NCBI RefSeq assembly: GCF_018350175.1
Contig: NC_058368.1
Location: 128,528,001-128,592,000 of the forward strand
Reading direction: 5' to 3'
DNA from: Felis catus
Taxonomy: Eukaryota
Length of the DNA stretch: 64,000 nucleotides
A program made the translations under genes and the position numbers. Shown here piece after piece: positions 1 to 12,049 of the stretch. The notes beneath the pieces are model-generated. The model searched no databases and was not told the DNA's origin. It was given only the letters and a program-made list of their open reading frames with translations. Within the stretch, counting starts at the first letter, position 1. Each line of letters opens with the position of its first letter.

Positions 1-63
1 TTGGGCAGACAAGCCCTTGGACAGACCTAGGGTTAAGTCATCCTTAAATATGAGCACCCTTTA

Positions 64-258
64 GGGGCTCCTGGGTGGTTCAGTCGGTTGAACGTCTGAC
101 TCTTGCTTTTGGCTCAGGTCATGTGGGATCAAGCCCCACATCAGCCTCAATGCTGAGCATGGAGCCTGCTTAAGATTCTCTCTCTTTCTCTGCCCCTCTT
201 CCCTGCTTATGTACACACTCTCTCTAAAAATAAAATAATAATAATAATATAATAATAA
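64..258 (+). mobile_element. CanSINE (SINEC) with (AAT)n tail
   Basis: GGGGCTCCTGGGTGGTTCAGTCGGTTGA tRNA-like head, CT-rich tract and A-rich tail; TSD TAAATATGAGCA(C/G)CCTT at about 45 and 259. Confidence 0.9.
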
Positions 259-574
259 TAAATATGAGCAGCCTTCACTGTCCCTGTTCTGTCATTTGAT
301 TATAATAAACAAAAAAATCACAAAGGTGTTATTAAGACAAAACCCAGAAAGCTGGGACAGGAAGGAGGACAGGCTGTATTTAAATGAGGAGCTACTAGTC
401 AACCCTCTTTTTCTAGTTTTCTCTTCTACCACTGACCCAGAAAGTCTAAATCAGGTTTTTCTTTGTGATTGCACTTATGCCCTCACCAAAGTACCATATG
501 ATATCAGAACTCTACTGTCTCATGTACCCTCTAAAATAGCAATCCACAGAGTCAATATGCAAAGTGGGAAGAAG

Positions 575-1500
575 CTAAACATTGTAATTTTACTTGGGTT
601 CAAATCCTGGCTGCATACTTCCAACAGTGTATACTGAGTACCTTTCTTCACTCTCCTGCACTCATGTATACTATGAGAATTATGGTGCAGATCTTGCCAG
701 CTTCGGAGGATTCATGAGCAAATGCATGAAAAGTGCTTTGCTGCAACTATTACTGATACCTAAAAGATGCCAAAACGTTTCATCTCGTAACTGTCAATAA
801 AAGATTTAAAACTGAACTGCAAGATTGGGTATTTTATAAACATGCAGCACAAGGACACCGATGAAAGCTTACTTTCTGTTCCAAAATTGTTATGCAAACA
901 GAACATAAGCAAGATATCAAGCGGAAACAATGTTGGTGGCTGTCCTTTCCAAAGAGAAATGAGCTACGAGATAGCAATCAGGTAGAGAAGAGAGATAAAG
1001 CCTCCAACAGGGGGAGGAGGAGAGCTTTCAGAAAGGTGAAGTTGCAAATGCCAGAGGGATGCTTTTAAAATTCAAATGTGAACAGGTCCCTCACTTCCTT
1101 GAACATTTTCAATGGCTCCCCACTGATTTTAGGATAAACTCCAAATCCTTCAGGTCCAACAAGGCTCTTAGCAACCTCACCTCACCTCATACACTCCTCT
1201 GCAGTTGTTTTATAGTATTTCCAATTTCAGCACAGCATCTGCATTCTCTCAGCCTGAATGTGATTTCCTGCCTTCATCTCATTTCTCTGCTGCCCTAACA
1301 CTCTTCCTTCTTTTAGCTCAGGAGCATGATTTTGTCTGCCGTCCTCCATGTGACTTCTCCAACACTCTGTGTTTCTCACAGTTTTTCACACTGTACTGGA
1401 ACTGTTTGCCTCTCTGCATCTCACACAGACCTGGCCTGGCTTTAGCATTCTGCTGATCACCTTGCCTGACACAAAACTGACGCTCATTTAAATGTTTACT
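575..1500 (+). mobile_element. Ancient MIR (about 575-770) and L2 3' fragment (about 1060-1500)
   Basis: TGGGTTCAAATCCTGGCT MIR core; CAATGGCTCCCCACTG...AGGATAAACTCCAAATCCTT and AAATGTTTACTGAA L2 3' motifs. Confidence 0.6.
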
Positions 1501-3819
1501 GAACACACAACTTCTGAAACTCCCTACTTAGGGCCAGATTTATCTCTATTACCTTGTATTAGAGAGGACAAAGAAGGTAGGTAGCTGTTGTTTGAGGGCT
1601 GTGAGGCTGCTTCTCAAGAGAGATGAAAATCTGCCTTTCACCTGGCAGACTTATGTTATACGTTATACAGTAACTTAGTGCATCTGAATAATAGCCTGTT
1701 TAGAAATATTTATGATGGTGTGGCTACTTCTATCATTAACTAAATGGATAGTTTTACTTCCCAATGTAATAACATGTGTGCTTTTAATATATTTAAGTAA
1801 ATTAGGAATAATTAGAAATCTCAACTTTTTTTTAGAAGACGAGTCTTATAAAGTGCCAAATTTGCATTAGTTTTCAACTTTTTCATAACTTGTGAGTGGT
1901 CCAAATTGGATGAGTATCTCAGAAACACATGTGAGATACAGTCTGTTCTCAAAATGTATTCATGGCATGCTTCTTTGCATGCTCTATGACGTGTTGTACT
2001 GAAATTCAAGGTTACTTCTCAATTTAATACACTAATACATATACAGAGTCTCCAAAGTTACTTGTTTGGTAAACAACATTCTAACATATCCTAAAACTGA
2101 TGTTTGCACACATAGGACACCAAGAAGAATAACCAGTTAACATACTTGGGAAAGTCCTATTTCTTCCATTCAACTACAAATTATCTGAGGACATGGGTTT
2201 TCTTTTACATACATTCCAATGTCTGACATAAACAAACAAACTCCAGTTTATAAAGTGACATATCTGCCAAAGTAAGTATTGCTACAACTTACATTTATAA
2301 GTGTTGTTTAGTGCACCTGTTCAACAATAGAGGATTAATTTATGAAATCACATTACAGTTGCTAGAATATGACACAAACAATAGGAATTTGGGAAATCGG
2401 ATAAGATGAAAAATGCTTACTAGGTATTACATTAAAATCAAAGAATACTAAAATTCTACATGTACTATGATGTAGGAAAACATGCATAGAAAACATGGAG
2501 AGAAACAAAGGCAAAAATCACAAAATATCCATTTTGGTAGAATTATGCTCAGTGGCTCAAAACTCTCATTGGTTCCCTTTTCTTACCATTTAGGTACCTT
2601 CTTGGTTTTGTCTTCTCACCTCAAACCTATGTAGGCACAGCCAACTCTTTCCAAACAGTTCCTCTTGGGACTAGTTCAGGCTCACATTACCTTATACAGA
2701 AGTTTTGGGAAGAGGTTCCTATTAGGCATGTCTGCAGTCTCATCCCACTACCATCATATCTCCTACCAGAATAAGACAGTCATTCTACTGCTAAATATGT
2801 CTACTGTGGTAATCTCATTTATGTTTTATGCATTTTTAGGTATGTGTTATATTTTACAATAAAGATGACTTTTTTTTTTTTTTTGTAATTTACTGTGGTT
2901 GGTTCCTGTCTTGTTTTGCTAAGAATAGGATTCATCATTCTCTGCGGATATGGTCCTACTTCCACACTTCTAACTGTAGTGCTTACTCAGGATAACTGGG
3001 TTCCTCCTAGCTGCAGCCAACTAAGTCACCAGAAGCTGTCCTCCCCCTCCAGGATGCTTGCCAGCTCCTCCATGTCTACCAATGTAAGCTTCTTCACACC
3101 CTGTAAAGCCTGGCCCACCTGTGTGCTACCGTAATTCACATTGTATCATATGTGGCAAACATTTAGCAAGTAACTACTAATTGTAAGGCCTGAATATTTA
3201 ATGTCCTAAGCTGCTTACAATATTTTTTGTGGATGTGGAACATTTATAAGAGAAGATACCCAACTGGAGAAAGTGACATATGATAAGTGATGAATGAGTG
3301 TTCAGAGGTCGTGAAGGAGGAGACTAGGGAAGAAGGGCTGGGGAGGGGGTAAGGTTCGATGAAAGCTAGAAGGAAGAGACATTGTAGAAGTTGAAGAGAT
3401 ACATCATGATTGGGAGAGAGGTGATATGAGACAGGACTGCTGAATTTTGCACCTGAGTGACTAGGATAATGATGGGGCCCGTGACATAAATGATGTTAAC
3501 TAGAAATGCTTTGAGGCTAAACAGGGCAAGTCCACAAGGAATATCACAATATAAACTGACAGATGCTACTCTAAAACTGAGTAAGATACATGGAAAGCAC
3601 AGAATCTTAAGGCAGCTAACTTGAGGCGATAACTGAAGGAACAAGGTTCTGTGAAATCTCTAAAAAAATAATGATAATAATGATAAATAAAAAAAAAGAA
3701 CCTAAACTAGTCCAAAGTCATGCAAGAGGGAATGTGAGACTGAGAACCTGATCAGTGATGCTTCAAGGAGCTCAGGACTTCAGGAAATAAGGAGGAAGAA
3801 AGGAATTCTAGGCGAGGCA

Positions 3820-4050
3820 GTATGCACAGTGGTTAAGGGCCCCAGTGCTGGTCCTGAGCCCCGGAGTTGGAATCCTCTCCTGTAGCGCTACTTGAGAGTC
3901 CTTGAGCAAGATACCAAATATTCATTCCCTCATCCATAAAGTGAGATAACATAATAATTTTACCTCACAGGATTGTGGTGAGGATTAAGAGTTAATGAAA
4001 GTTTTCAGAACAGTGCCTGGCACAAAAACACTCGATAAATGTCTGCCGTT
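3820..4050 (+). mobile_element. MIR SINE
   Basis: CCCTCATCCATAAAGTGAGATAA...TACCTCACAGGATTGTGGTGAGGATTAA...AGAACAGTGCCTGGCACA matches the MIR core. Confidence 0.8.
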
Positions 4051-4399
4051 GAGGGGAAAAGATTTTTTTCTAGTCCTCAGCGACCTCGGGGACAACAATT
4101 TCTGGCCAGCAGTAGGAGCAGGAATTACAAAGTAAGGGAATTAATAAGCAAGTGAGCAGTAAGAAGGCAAAGGCAATCACAAAGTATGGATGATTCTTGC
4201 ACGGCGGTTAAACAAAAAAATCGAGCTGTGAAACAAAAAGTAACCTGTGAGCATAGGGTTAAGTGAAAATGCTTTCTGAGGGGATAGCTCAGCAAGAGGG
4301 GAAAGGTTTGGCTCGCCAAAACTATTCTTGAGTGGGAGTGGGACTTGTTTCTCCTACCACACAGGGAGGTGGACAGGTGTAAGACCGGACCCTTCCTGT

Positions 4400-5750
4400 C
4401 CCGGCTCCCCAGGAGCTCGAAGGAGCGCTCGCTCGGCATCCGGTAACTTTGAATCAGCGCTGGCTGATGGGGGGGGGGGGGGGGGGGGGGGCAATTTCCC
4501 AACCAACGATACCCTGGAAGATGAAACAACAGGCTTTCCCATCTCCATCTCCAGCACGACCTGTTCTATGGCTCAGTAGTCATCACCCTCCTCAACCAGC
4601 AGCAGTCGCTGGGACACCGTGCAGCTCAGAGAGCCAAAGAGGCAGCTCCCCGCTGCGAGAGCAGCACCCCCCCCCCAAGTTCATTCCGACCTCAAGGACA
4701 CAAAAGCGCCCCAGACGGGAAGGAACCAGTGAGAAAGGGGCTCGGGAATTCCGGTAATGGGGGGGCGGGGGGGGGGGGGAGGCTGCGGCTAGGGAGGTCA
4801 GAGCCCGGAGCTGGGAAAGTGACCTCGGTGGCCAAGGTCGAGGAGGTCCCTCCAGTCCCAGGGGCGAGCACCTTTGCCCTCCCGCCCGGAGCACCAGGGT
4901 CCCCGCCCGTAGGGAGCGCTCGGGGAGGCTCAGAGCCCTGGGGCGGCCCGGGAGCACCGGCCCTCAGGGATGCCGGGGCGGCGGGGGGCTCCCGGGGAGC
5001 GCGCAGGTGAGCGCGGCGGCCCCGCCCTCCCGCGGGAAGGGCCTTCTCTCTCTGCGCCCACAGGCCGCGGTTCGAGAACTTCCGAAGCGCCTGCACACAG
5101 CCCGGGGAGGGCCTGGCCACGCTCCCGGGTTTCCCGCACCCGGATCCCGCCGCCGCACGCTGCGCCCAGGTTCCTCCATCCGGCTGCTCCGGACTCCTGC
5201 TGGCGGGGTCTCTCTCCCTTCCCCCATCTCTTCTCCACACCCCGGAAAAGTTTGGTCCCAGCGCAGGGGCTGGGAGTCCGGCACTCACCCCACGGAGAGC
5301 GGAGCCGAAGCGGCAAGACGCGCGCGGGAGCAGAGGGCGGCGGCGGGCGGCGGCGCGAGCGCAGAGCTCCTCACAGCGGCCCCTGCTGCTCCGGCCGCCG
5401 ACAGAGCTGGAAAAGGGGAGGAGGCCGCCGGGATGTCACCTGCCCGCTCTCCCACCCCGCCGCGTGACGCCGCGCAGCACCGCCCCCGCCCGCCGCCGCC
5501 AGGTACCCGCGAGGGGCGGGAAGGAGGAGCCAGCCGCCATCCGGGCACGAGCGCCCCGCCTCCGCCCGCCTCAGTGCCCGGACCCTCGGAGCCCCGCGGG
5601 CCACTTTGGAGTACGGGTTCTGGCCTTTGGACTCTTATGTTTCTTTTTGAGCACCGATGCCATCCCTTGAGGTCATCTCGAGGCGTGACATAAATAGTGT
5701 GAAAGTTGTCGTCATGCATGACTCAGGAATGAGTTGTAGAAAAATGTGAG
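4400..5750. promoter_or_regulatory. ELOVL7: CpG island / promoter of a minus-strand gene, probably ELOVL7
   Basis: Very GC- and CpG-rich stretch with GC boxes (GGGGCGGG 5513-5520, several CCCCGCC) and AP-1 TGACTCA at 5719-5725. The gene name rests only on conserved order (ELOVL7 lies downstream of ERCC8 on the same strand in mammals); no ELOVL7 coding sequence is in the window. Confidence 0.75.
5289..5410 (-). other. ELOVL7: Putative non-coding exon 1 of ELOVL7 (5' boundary approximate)
   Basis: Strong minus-strand donor GGG|GTGAGT (GT at 5288-5287) inside the CpG island, just downstream of the GC boxes. Confidence 0.6.
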
Positions 5751-6774
5751 AAGAGGAAACCTGGTCCCGGTCAGGCTGGAGTGGAGAGAGGGAGAAAAGA
5801 AGGAATCCCCGCTCCTGAAAAAGCTATTGGGAGGGTCAACTCCTATTTAAAATGGAGGCCACCACGGCGAGAAGCCCAATTTGGGTCAACTCCATCCCTG
5901 CTTTGTAAGAAACTGGCAAAAATTGCTGCAAATATTGGGGAGTTGAGGGGGTTTTTAGAGCAGTGGGGAGCAAATATAAAATCTAAATTAACTTTTTTCC
6001 TGATTAGTCACTGCAAAGAACAAAGTCTAGCAAACTGGTTTCTCCTTATCCGCCGCTGTGGGCTTGGGGAGTGAGATGAGGAGAATGCAGGGCGTGTGTA
6101 TGCGCGCTCAATTATTTTTTAACTTGTCTGGCCTTGTGTCTAGTTACGATCTTCTTAACCTTTGTTGAGTTTTGGGATCGGGGCATTGGTAGCTGGGAGG
6201 CAAAATAGGAGTGGGAAGAAGTTAGGCAAAACCATGAACCGGAATTGAGTTGTCTTCTAGAAACCAGAAACATAGCCTGACAGGTTGCAGTCCTGAGCCA
6301 AGCTGGTCTGTTTGTGCTGTAAGTTTCAAGAATTGAATCGACAAAGGATACAGACCACCAGGTATATTGGGTAAGGAGAACATTCAGTGGGCCAGAAGCA
6401 TATTTTTGGAAGCAAGTTTGCCTTCCATGACTAACCCTAATCTTGCATTGAACAAGAGGTTTTGAATGTTTTATGTAAAATGTTGAGAACCCACATAGTA
6501 ACCGTTGAAAGGAACGCAAAACACATGAAAGCTCAAGCTGAGCTTGAGAATGTTGAAGTCAAGGGAACTGAAGATTTCTCCCTCTTTGTAAAAAAACTCT
6601 GCTTTCATAATAAAAACATGAATAAATATAGTTTAGTAGATTTGTAAAATTCCTTTGTGAATTGGAGACAGTTGCTTAATTGTATTTCCCTTTGAGTCTA
6701 TCTTTCTAGATAGTCTTTCTCTAAATATCTGTATATATTTATGAAACTTCAAATATGTAGAATGTCAAACAGAT

Positions 6775-7270
6775 TCTTTCATTTAACAGATGTTTATTGA
6801 GTACTGCTACATTCCACGCCCTGAAGATTCAACACACAGGATAACACACGGAAAAATATCCTCTCTTCTTGTAGAATGTACATTCATTCTAATTGGAGAC
6901 TGTAGATGATAAATAAAATATGTAGTGTTCATGTTATGATAACTGTGATGAAGAAAAATTTAGAGGGAAAGAGGAGGGGATTTGAAGATAAAGCGGTTAG
7001 GGAAGGCTTCAATGGAAGGAGGCATTTGAGTCCAAATTTTAAGGAGGTGAGGTGACCAGCCTGTGTGTTTACCTTGGTAACAGCATTCTAGTCAGTGGAA
7101 CAGCAAGGCTAAAGGCCCTGAGGCATGAGGGTGCCTGAGATATTCATGTTCACAGAATAGGAAGGAGGCCAGAGTGGTTGAAATGGGATAAGTGAGGACA
7201 TTAGTAATAAATGAGGTCAAAGAGTTAAGGGAAGCATTTTTTAGTAAAGAAGTGACATCCCCTGACTGAA
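6775..7270 (-). mobile_element. L2 3' fragment (appears to resume at about 10900-11420)
   Basis: TTCATTTAACAGATGTTTATTGAGTAC L2 3' terminus; AAAGGCCCTGAGGCA and GGAGGCCAGAGTGGTTG L2 motifs. Confidence 0.7.
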
Positions 7271-7279
7271 ATTTTATTT

Positions 7280-8497
7280 TATTTATTTTTTTTAGAGCAC
7301 TTTTATGTCACAGCAGTATTGAGCAAAATTGAGCAGAAGGTAGAAATTTCCCATCCACCTCCTGTCCCCACTCATGCATAGCCTCTCCCATATCCCCTCA
7401 AGAGGGATACATTTGTTACAGTTGGTGAGCTTACACTGACAGATGTTAGTACCTAAAGTTCATAGTTTACATTTGTGTTTACTTTTGGTATGTATATTCT
7501 ATGGGTTTGTACAAATGTATAAGGACATGTATACACAATATAGTATCATACGGAGTAGTTTCACTGCTCTAAAAATCTTTGTGCTCCACCTATTCATCCC
7601 TGCCTTCTCCTTAACCACTGACAACCACTGATCTTTTTACTATTCCCCATAATTTTGCCTTTTCCAGAATGCCATATAGTTGGAATCATACAGTAGGTAG
7701 GCTTTCAGGTTGGCTTCTTTCACTTAATAAGGTGTATTTAAATTTCCTCTCATGTCTTTTCATGACTTGATAGCTCTTTTTTTCTTTAGAACAGAATAAT
7801 CTGGATATGCCACAGTTTATTTACCCATTCACTCATTGAAGGACATCTTGGTTACTTCCAAGTTTTAGCAATTATGAATAAAGCTTCTATACACATCCAT
7901 GTGCAAGGTTTTGTGTGAACATTAGTATCAACTCCTTTCGGTAAATACCAAGGAGCACGATTTCTGGTAAGAGTATGTTCAGTTTTGTAAAAAACTATCA
8001 AACTGTCTTTCACAGTGTCATTTTGCATTCTCACCAGCAATGAATGAGAGTTCCTGTTACTCCATAGCCTCATCAACATTTGGTGTTGTCAGTCTTCTGG
8101 ATTCTGGCCATTCTAATAAGTGTGTGATGGTATCTCATTGCTCTTTTAATTTTTATTTCTTTTTGATGACATATGGCATGGAACATTTTTCATATGCTTA
8201 TTTGCCATCTGTGTATCTTCTTCAGTAGGGTACTTATTAAAGTATTCGTCCAACTTTTAAACAGATTATTTTCTTTTTGTTGAGTTTTAAGAGTTCTTTT
8301 TATGTTTCGGGTAACAGTCCTTTATAAGATATGTTTTTGCAAACATTTTCTGCCAGTCTGTGGCTTGTCTGCTCTGATAAGTTGTGATTGTGATTGTATC
8401 TGCCTGTCTCTCCAATTTTAGGGGCAGCAGTTTGCCATGTGACTCCATTTCTTTTACAGATCTAAAAAGAGTCGTTGACTTTTCAATTTGTTCAGCT
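7280..8497 (-). mobile_element. Old L1M element: 3' UTR and ORF2 end (7280-8370) joined to a 5'-end fragment (8371-8497)
   Basis: Typical old-L1 3' sequence (CCAGAATGCCATATAGTTGGAATCATACAGTA; TTTGCATTCTCACCAGCAATGAATGAGAGTTCCTG), then CTCCAATTTTAGGGGCAGCAGTTTGCC...AGATCTAAAAAGAGTCGTTGACTTTTCAATTTGTTCAGCT, which resembles an L1M 5' end. Confidence 0.65.
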
Positions 8498-8499
8498 AT

Positions 8500-8536
<37 letters not shown>

Positions 8537-8955
8537 ATTATTTCTTTAATTTTACATCCAAGTTAGTTAGCATATAGTGCAATAATGATTTCGGGAATAG
8601 AATCCAGTGGTTCATCCCCTACATATAGCACCCAGTGCTCATCCCAACAAGTGTCTTCCTTAATGCCCCTTACCAATTTAGCCCATTCCCCACCCACAAC
8701 CCCTCCAGAAACCTTCAGTTTGTTGTCTTTATTTAAGAATGTCTTATGGTTTGTGCCCCTCCCTGTTTTTATATTATTTTTGCTTCGCCTCCCTTATGTT
8801 CGCCTGTTTTGTCCCTTAAATTCCCCCATATAAGTGAAGTCATATGATAACTGTCTTTCTCAGACTTACTAATTTTGCTTAGCATAATACACTCTAGTTC
8901 CATCCATGTTGTTGCAAATGGCAAGCTTTCATTCTTTTTGATTGCCGAGTAATAG

Positions 8956-9002
<47 letters not shown>

Positions 9003-10830
9003 TATATACACATGGACTGATGAATGGATGAAGAAGATGTGGTGTGTATCTCTTCTTTATCCATTCATCCATCAATGGACATTTGGGCTCTTTCCATACT
9101 TGGGCTATTGTCGATAGTGCTGCTATAAACATTGGGGTGCATGTGTCCTTTTAAAACAGCGCACCTGTATCCTTTGGATAAATACCTAGTAGTGCAATTG
9201 GTGGGTCGTAGGGTAGTTCTAGTTTTTGGTTTTTTTTTTTTAATTTTTTTTCCCAACGTTTATTTATTTTTGGGACAGAGAGAGACAGAGCATGAACGGG
9301 GGAGGGGCAGAGAGAGAGGGAGACACAGAATCGGAAACAGGCTCCAGGCTCTGAGCCATCAGCCCAGAGCCTGATGCGGGGCTGGAACTCACGGACCGCG
9401 AGATCGTGACCTGGCTGAAGTCGGACGCTTAACCGACTGCGCCACCCAGGCGCCCCAACTAGTTTTAATTTTTTGAGGAAACTCCATACTGTTTTCCAGA
9501 GTGGCTGCACCAGTTTACATTCCCACCAGCGGTGCAAAAGGGTTCCTCTTTCTCCGCATCCTTGCCAACATCTCTTGTTGCCTGAGTTGTTAATATTAGC
9601 CATTCTGACAGGTGTGAGGCGGTATCTCATTGTGGTTTGATTTGCATTTCCCTGATGATGACTGATGTTGAGCATTTTTTTTCCATGTGTTTGTTAGGCA
9701 CCTGTTTGCCCATTTCTTCACTGGATTATTTGTTTTTTGGGTGTAGTTTTGTTAAGTTCTTTATAGATTTTGGATACTAACCCTTTATCTGATATGTCAT
9801 TTGCAAATATCTTCTCCCATTCCACCAGTTGCCTTTTAGTTTTATTGATTGTTTCCTTCGCCATGCAGAACCTTTTTATCTTTATGATAATTCACTTTTT
9901 GCTTTTGTTTCCCTTGCCTCCAAAGACATGTTGACTAAAAAGTTGCGGCGGCCAAGGTTAAAGAGGTTGTTGGCTGTTTTCTCCTCGAGGATTTTGATGG
10001 CTTCCTGTCTTACGTTGAGGTCTTTAATCCATTTTGAGTTTATTTTTGCATATGGTGTAAGACAGTGGTCCAGGTTCATTCTTCTACATGTCGCTGTCCA
10101 GTTTTCCCAACACCATTTGCTGAAGAGACTGTCTTTTTTCCATTGGATATTCTTTTCTGCTTTGTCAAAGACTAGTTGGCCATACGTTTGTGGGTCCACT
10201 TCTGGGTTCTCTATTCTGTTCCATTGACCTGAGTGCCTGTTTCTGTACCAGTACCATCCTGTCTTGATGATTACAGCTTCATAGTACATCTTGAAGTCTG
10301 GGAGTGTGATGCCTCCAGCCTTGGTTTTCTGTTTCAGGATTGCTTTGGCTATTCAGGATCTTTTATGGTTCCATACAAATTTTAGGATTGTTTGTTTTAG
10401 CTCTGTGAAGAATGCTGGTGTTATTTTGATAGCGATTGCATTGAATATGTAGATTGCTTTGGGTAGTATTGACATTTTAATAGTATTTGTTCTTGCAATT
10501 ATGAGCATGGAATATTTTTCCATTTTTTTGGCGTCTTCTTCAATTTCTTTCATAAGTTTTCTATAGTTTTCAGCGTATAGATTTTTCACCTCTTTCGTTT
10601 AGTTTATTGCTATGTATTTTAGTTTTTGGTGCAGTTGTAAATGGGATCCATTCCTTGATTTCTCTTTCAGTAGCTTCATTATTGGTGTATAGAAATGTCA
10701 TAGATTTCTGTACATTGATTTTATGTCCTATGACTTTGCGGAATTCATATATCAGTTCTAGCAGTTTTTTGGTGGAATCTTTTGGGTTTTCCACATAAAG
10801 TGTCAGGTCCTCTGACCGAAACTTTAAAAA
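8498..10830 (-). mobile_element. 5'-truncated carnivore L1 (ORF2 C-terminal half and 3' UTR) with nested young SINE at about 9224-9456 and (CA)n at 8961-8992
   Basis: ORF track gives ORF2 peptides ([45 protein letters not shown]); (TTTA)n tail; frameshifted. Confidence 0.95.
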
Positions 10831-11599
10831 GGAATCCCCACAGTAGAAGCATGAAGAAAATGAGTAGTTGCTAAACAACAATCCAAATTTGTATTATAAC
10901 AAAGAAGAAAGTGTTTCAATATGGAGGAAGTGATCAACTGTGTCCAATGCTGTGAACTGAGGACCAGAAATTGACTGTTGATTTAGCAAGATGAAAATCA
11001 TTGGTGACCATGACAAGAACAGGTTTGGAGGAATGGAAGGAATGAAAATCTGAACTGAATGAGTTTCAAGAGTAAGTGGGAAGAGAGAAATTGGAGATAA
11101 CAAATTTAGACAATTTTATCAAAGATTTTTGTGGTATAAAGGAGCAAAGACACGGAGTAATGGAAGGAAGTGGAATTGGATCTAGAGAATTTTTGTTCGT
11201 TGTTGTCATTAAAGATAGTGGCATTTACAGTATGTTTGTATTCTTTGGAAAATTTTAGTAAAGAAGGCAAACCTGTTAAAACTAGAAAGAAGACAACTCT
11301 TGCAGTGATGTCCTTGAATATGTGAGAGGGCTGGGATTTGGTATGCAGGTAGAAAATTTGACCTTAGATCTGAACATACACATTCACCCATAAGTAACGA
11401 AGGGAGGGTAGAGTTATGGACATATGTTGGAGGAGTTAGGAGCTTGTATTCATAGATGGTCTTATCAGGTTCCCCAGAGGCAGACCTGAGACTGAAAGTT
11501 GTGTATAACTGATTTACTGAGGTCACTAAGGGATCAAAGAGGATCTGGGTAAAACTGGCACTGTTCACTATGCCAATATTAATATTTTCCAAATTTGCC

Positions 11600-11671
11600 T
11601 TAAAAACTTTTTTCATTTTATTTATTTTGAGAAAAAGAAAGAGCACAAATGGGAGAGAGAGGCGGGGGGGG

Positions 11672-11717
<46 letters not shown>

Positions 11718-12030
11718 ATCTCAAACAGGCTCCATGCTTGGTGCAGAGCCCAAGCCAGGGCTCCATCCCACAATGCTGGGATCATGACCGGAGCTGAAAT
11801 CAAGAGTTGGACACTTAACCAAGTGAACCACCCAGGTGCCCCAAATTTGCTTTTTAAAAAGGATTAAAATCTTATAGTTAAAATTACCCTAGAGGTGCCT
11901 GGGTGGCTCATGATCTCAAGGTTTGTGAGATCCAATCTCCCCCCCACCCCCTGCCCCACTCCTCTCCCTCTCTTTCTGCCCCCCCACCGTGAACATAAAT
12001 AAATAAACCTAAAAAAACTTAAAAAAAAAA
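11600..12030. mobile_element. Two CanSINEs, head to head (about 11600-11842 minus; about 11892-12030 plus, partial)
   Basis: SINEC head and tail motifs, (GA)n tract. Confidence 0.8.
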
Positions 12031-12049
12031 ACCTACCCTAACCCCTTTC

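Noticed and set aside
1..4400. ELOVL7 coding exons
   Set aside because: No elongase-like peptide or convincing exon found; consistent with a long first intron extending beyond the window start
4489..5135. NF-kB-like motifs (GGCAATTTCCC, GGGAATTCC, GGGTTTCCC)
   Set aside because: None matches the full 10-bp consensus, and such motifs are expected by chance in GC-rich DNA
4125..5719. Many long overlapping ORFs (up to 228 aa) on both strands
   Set aside because: Pro/Gly/Ala/Arg-rich by-products of stop-codon scarcity in a CpG island; no recognisable protein family
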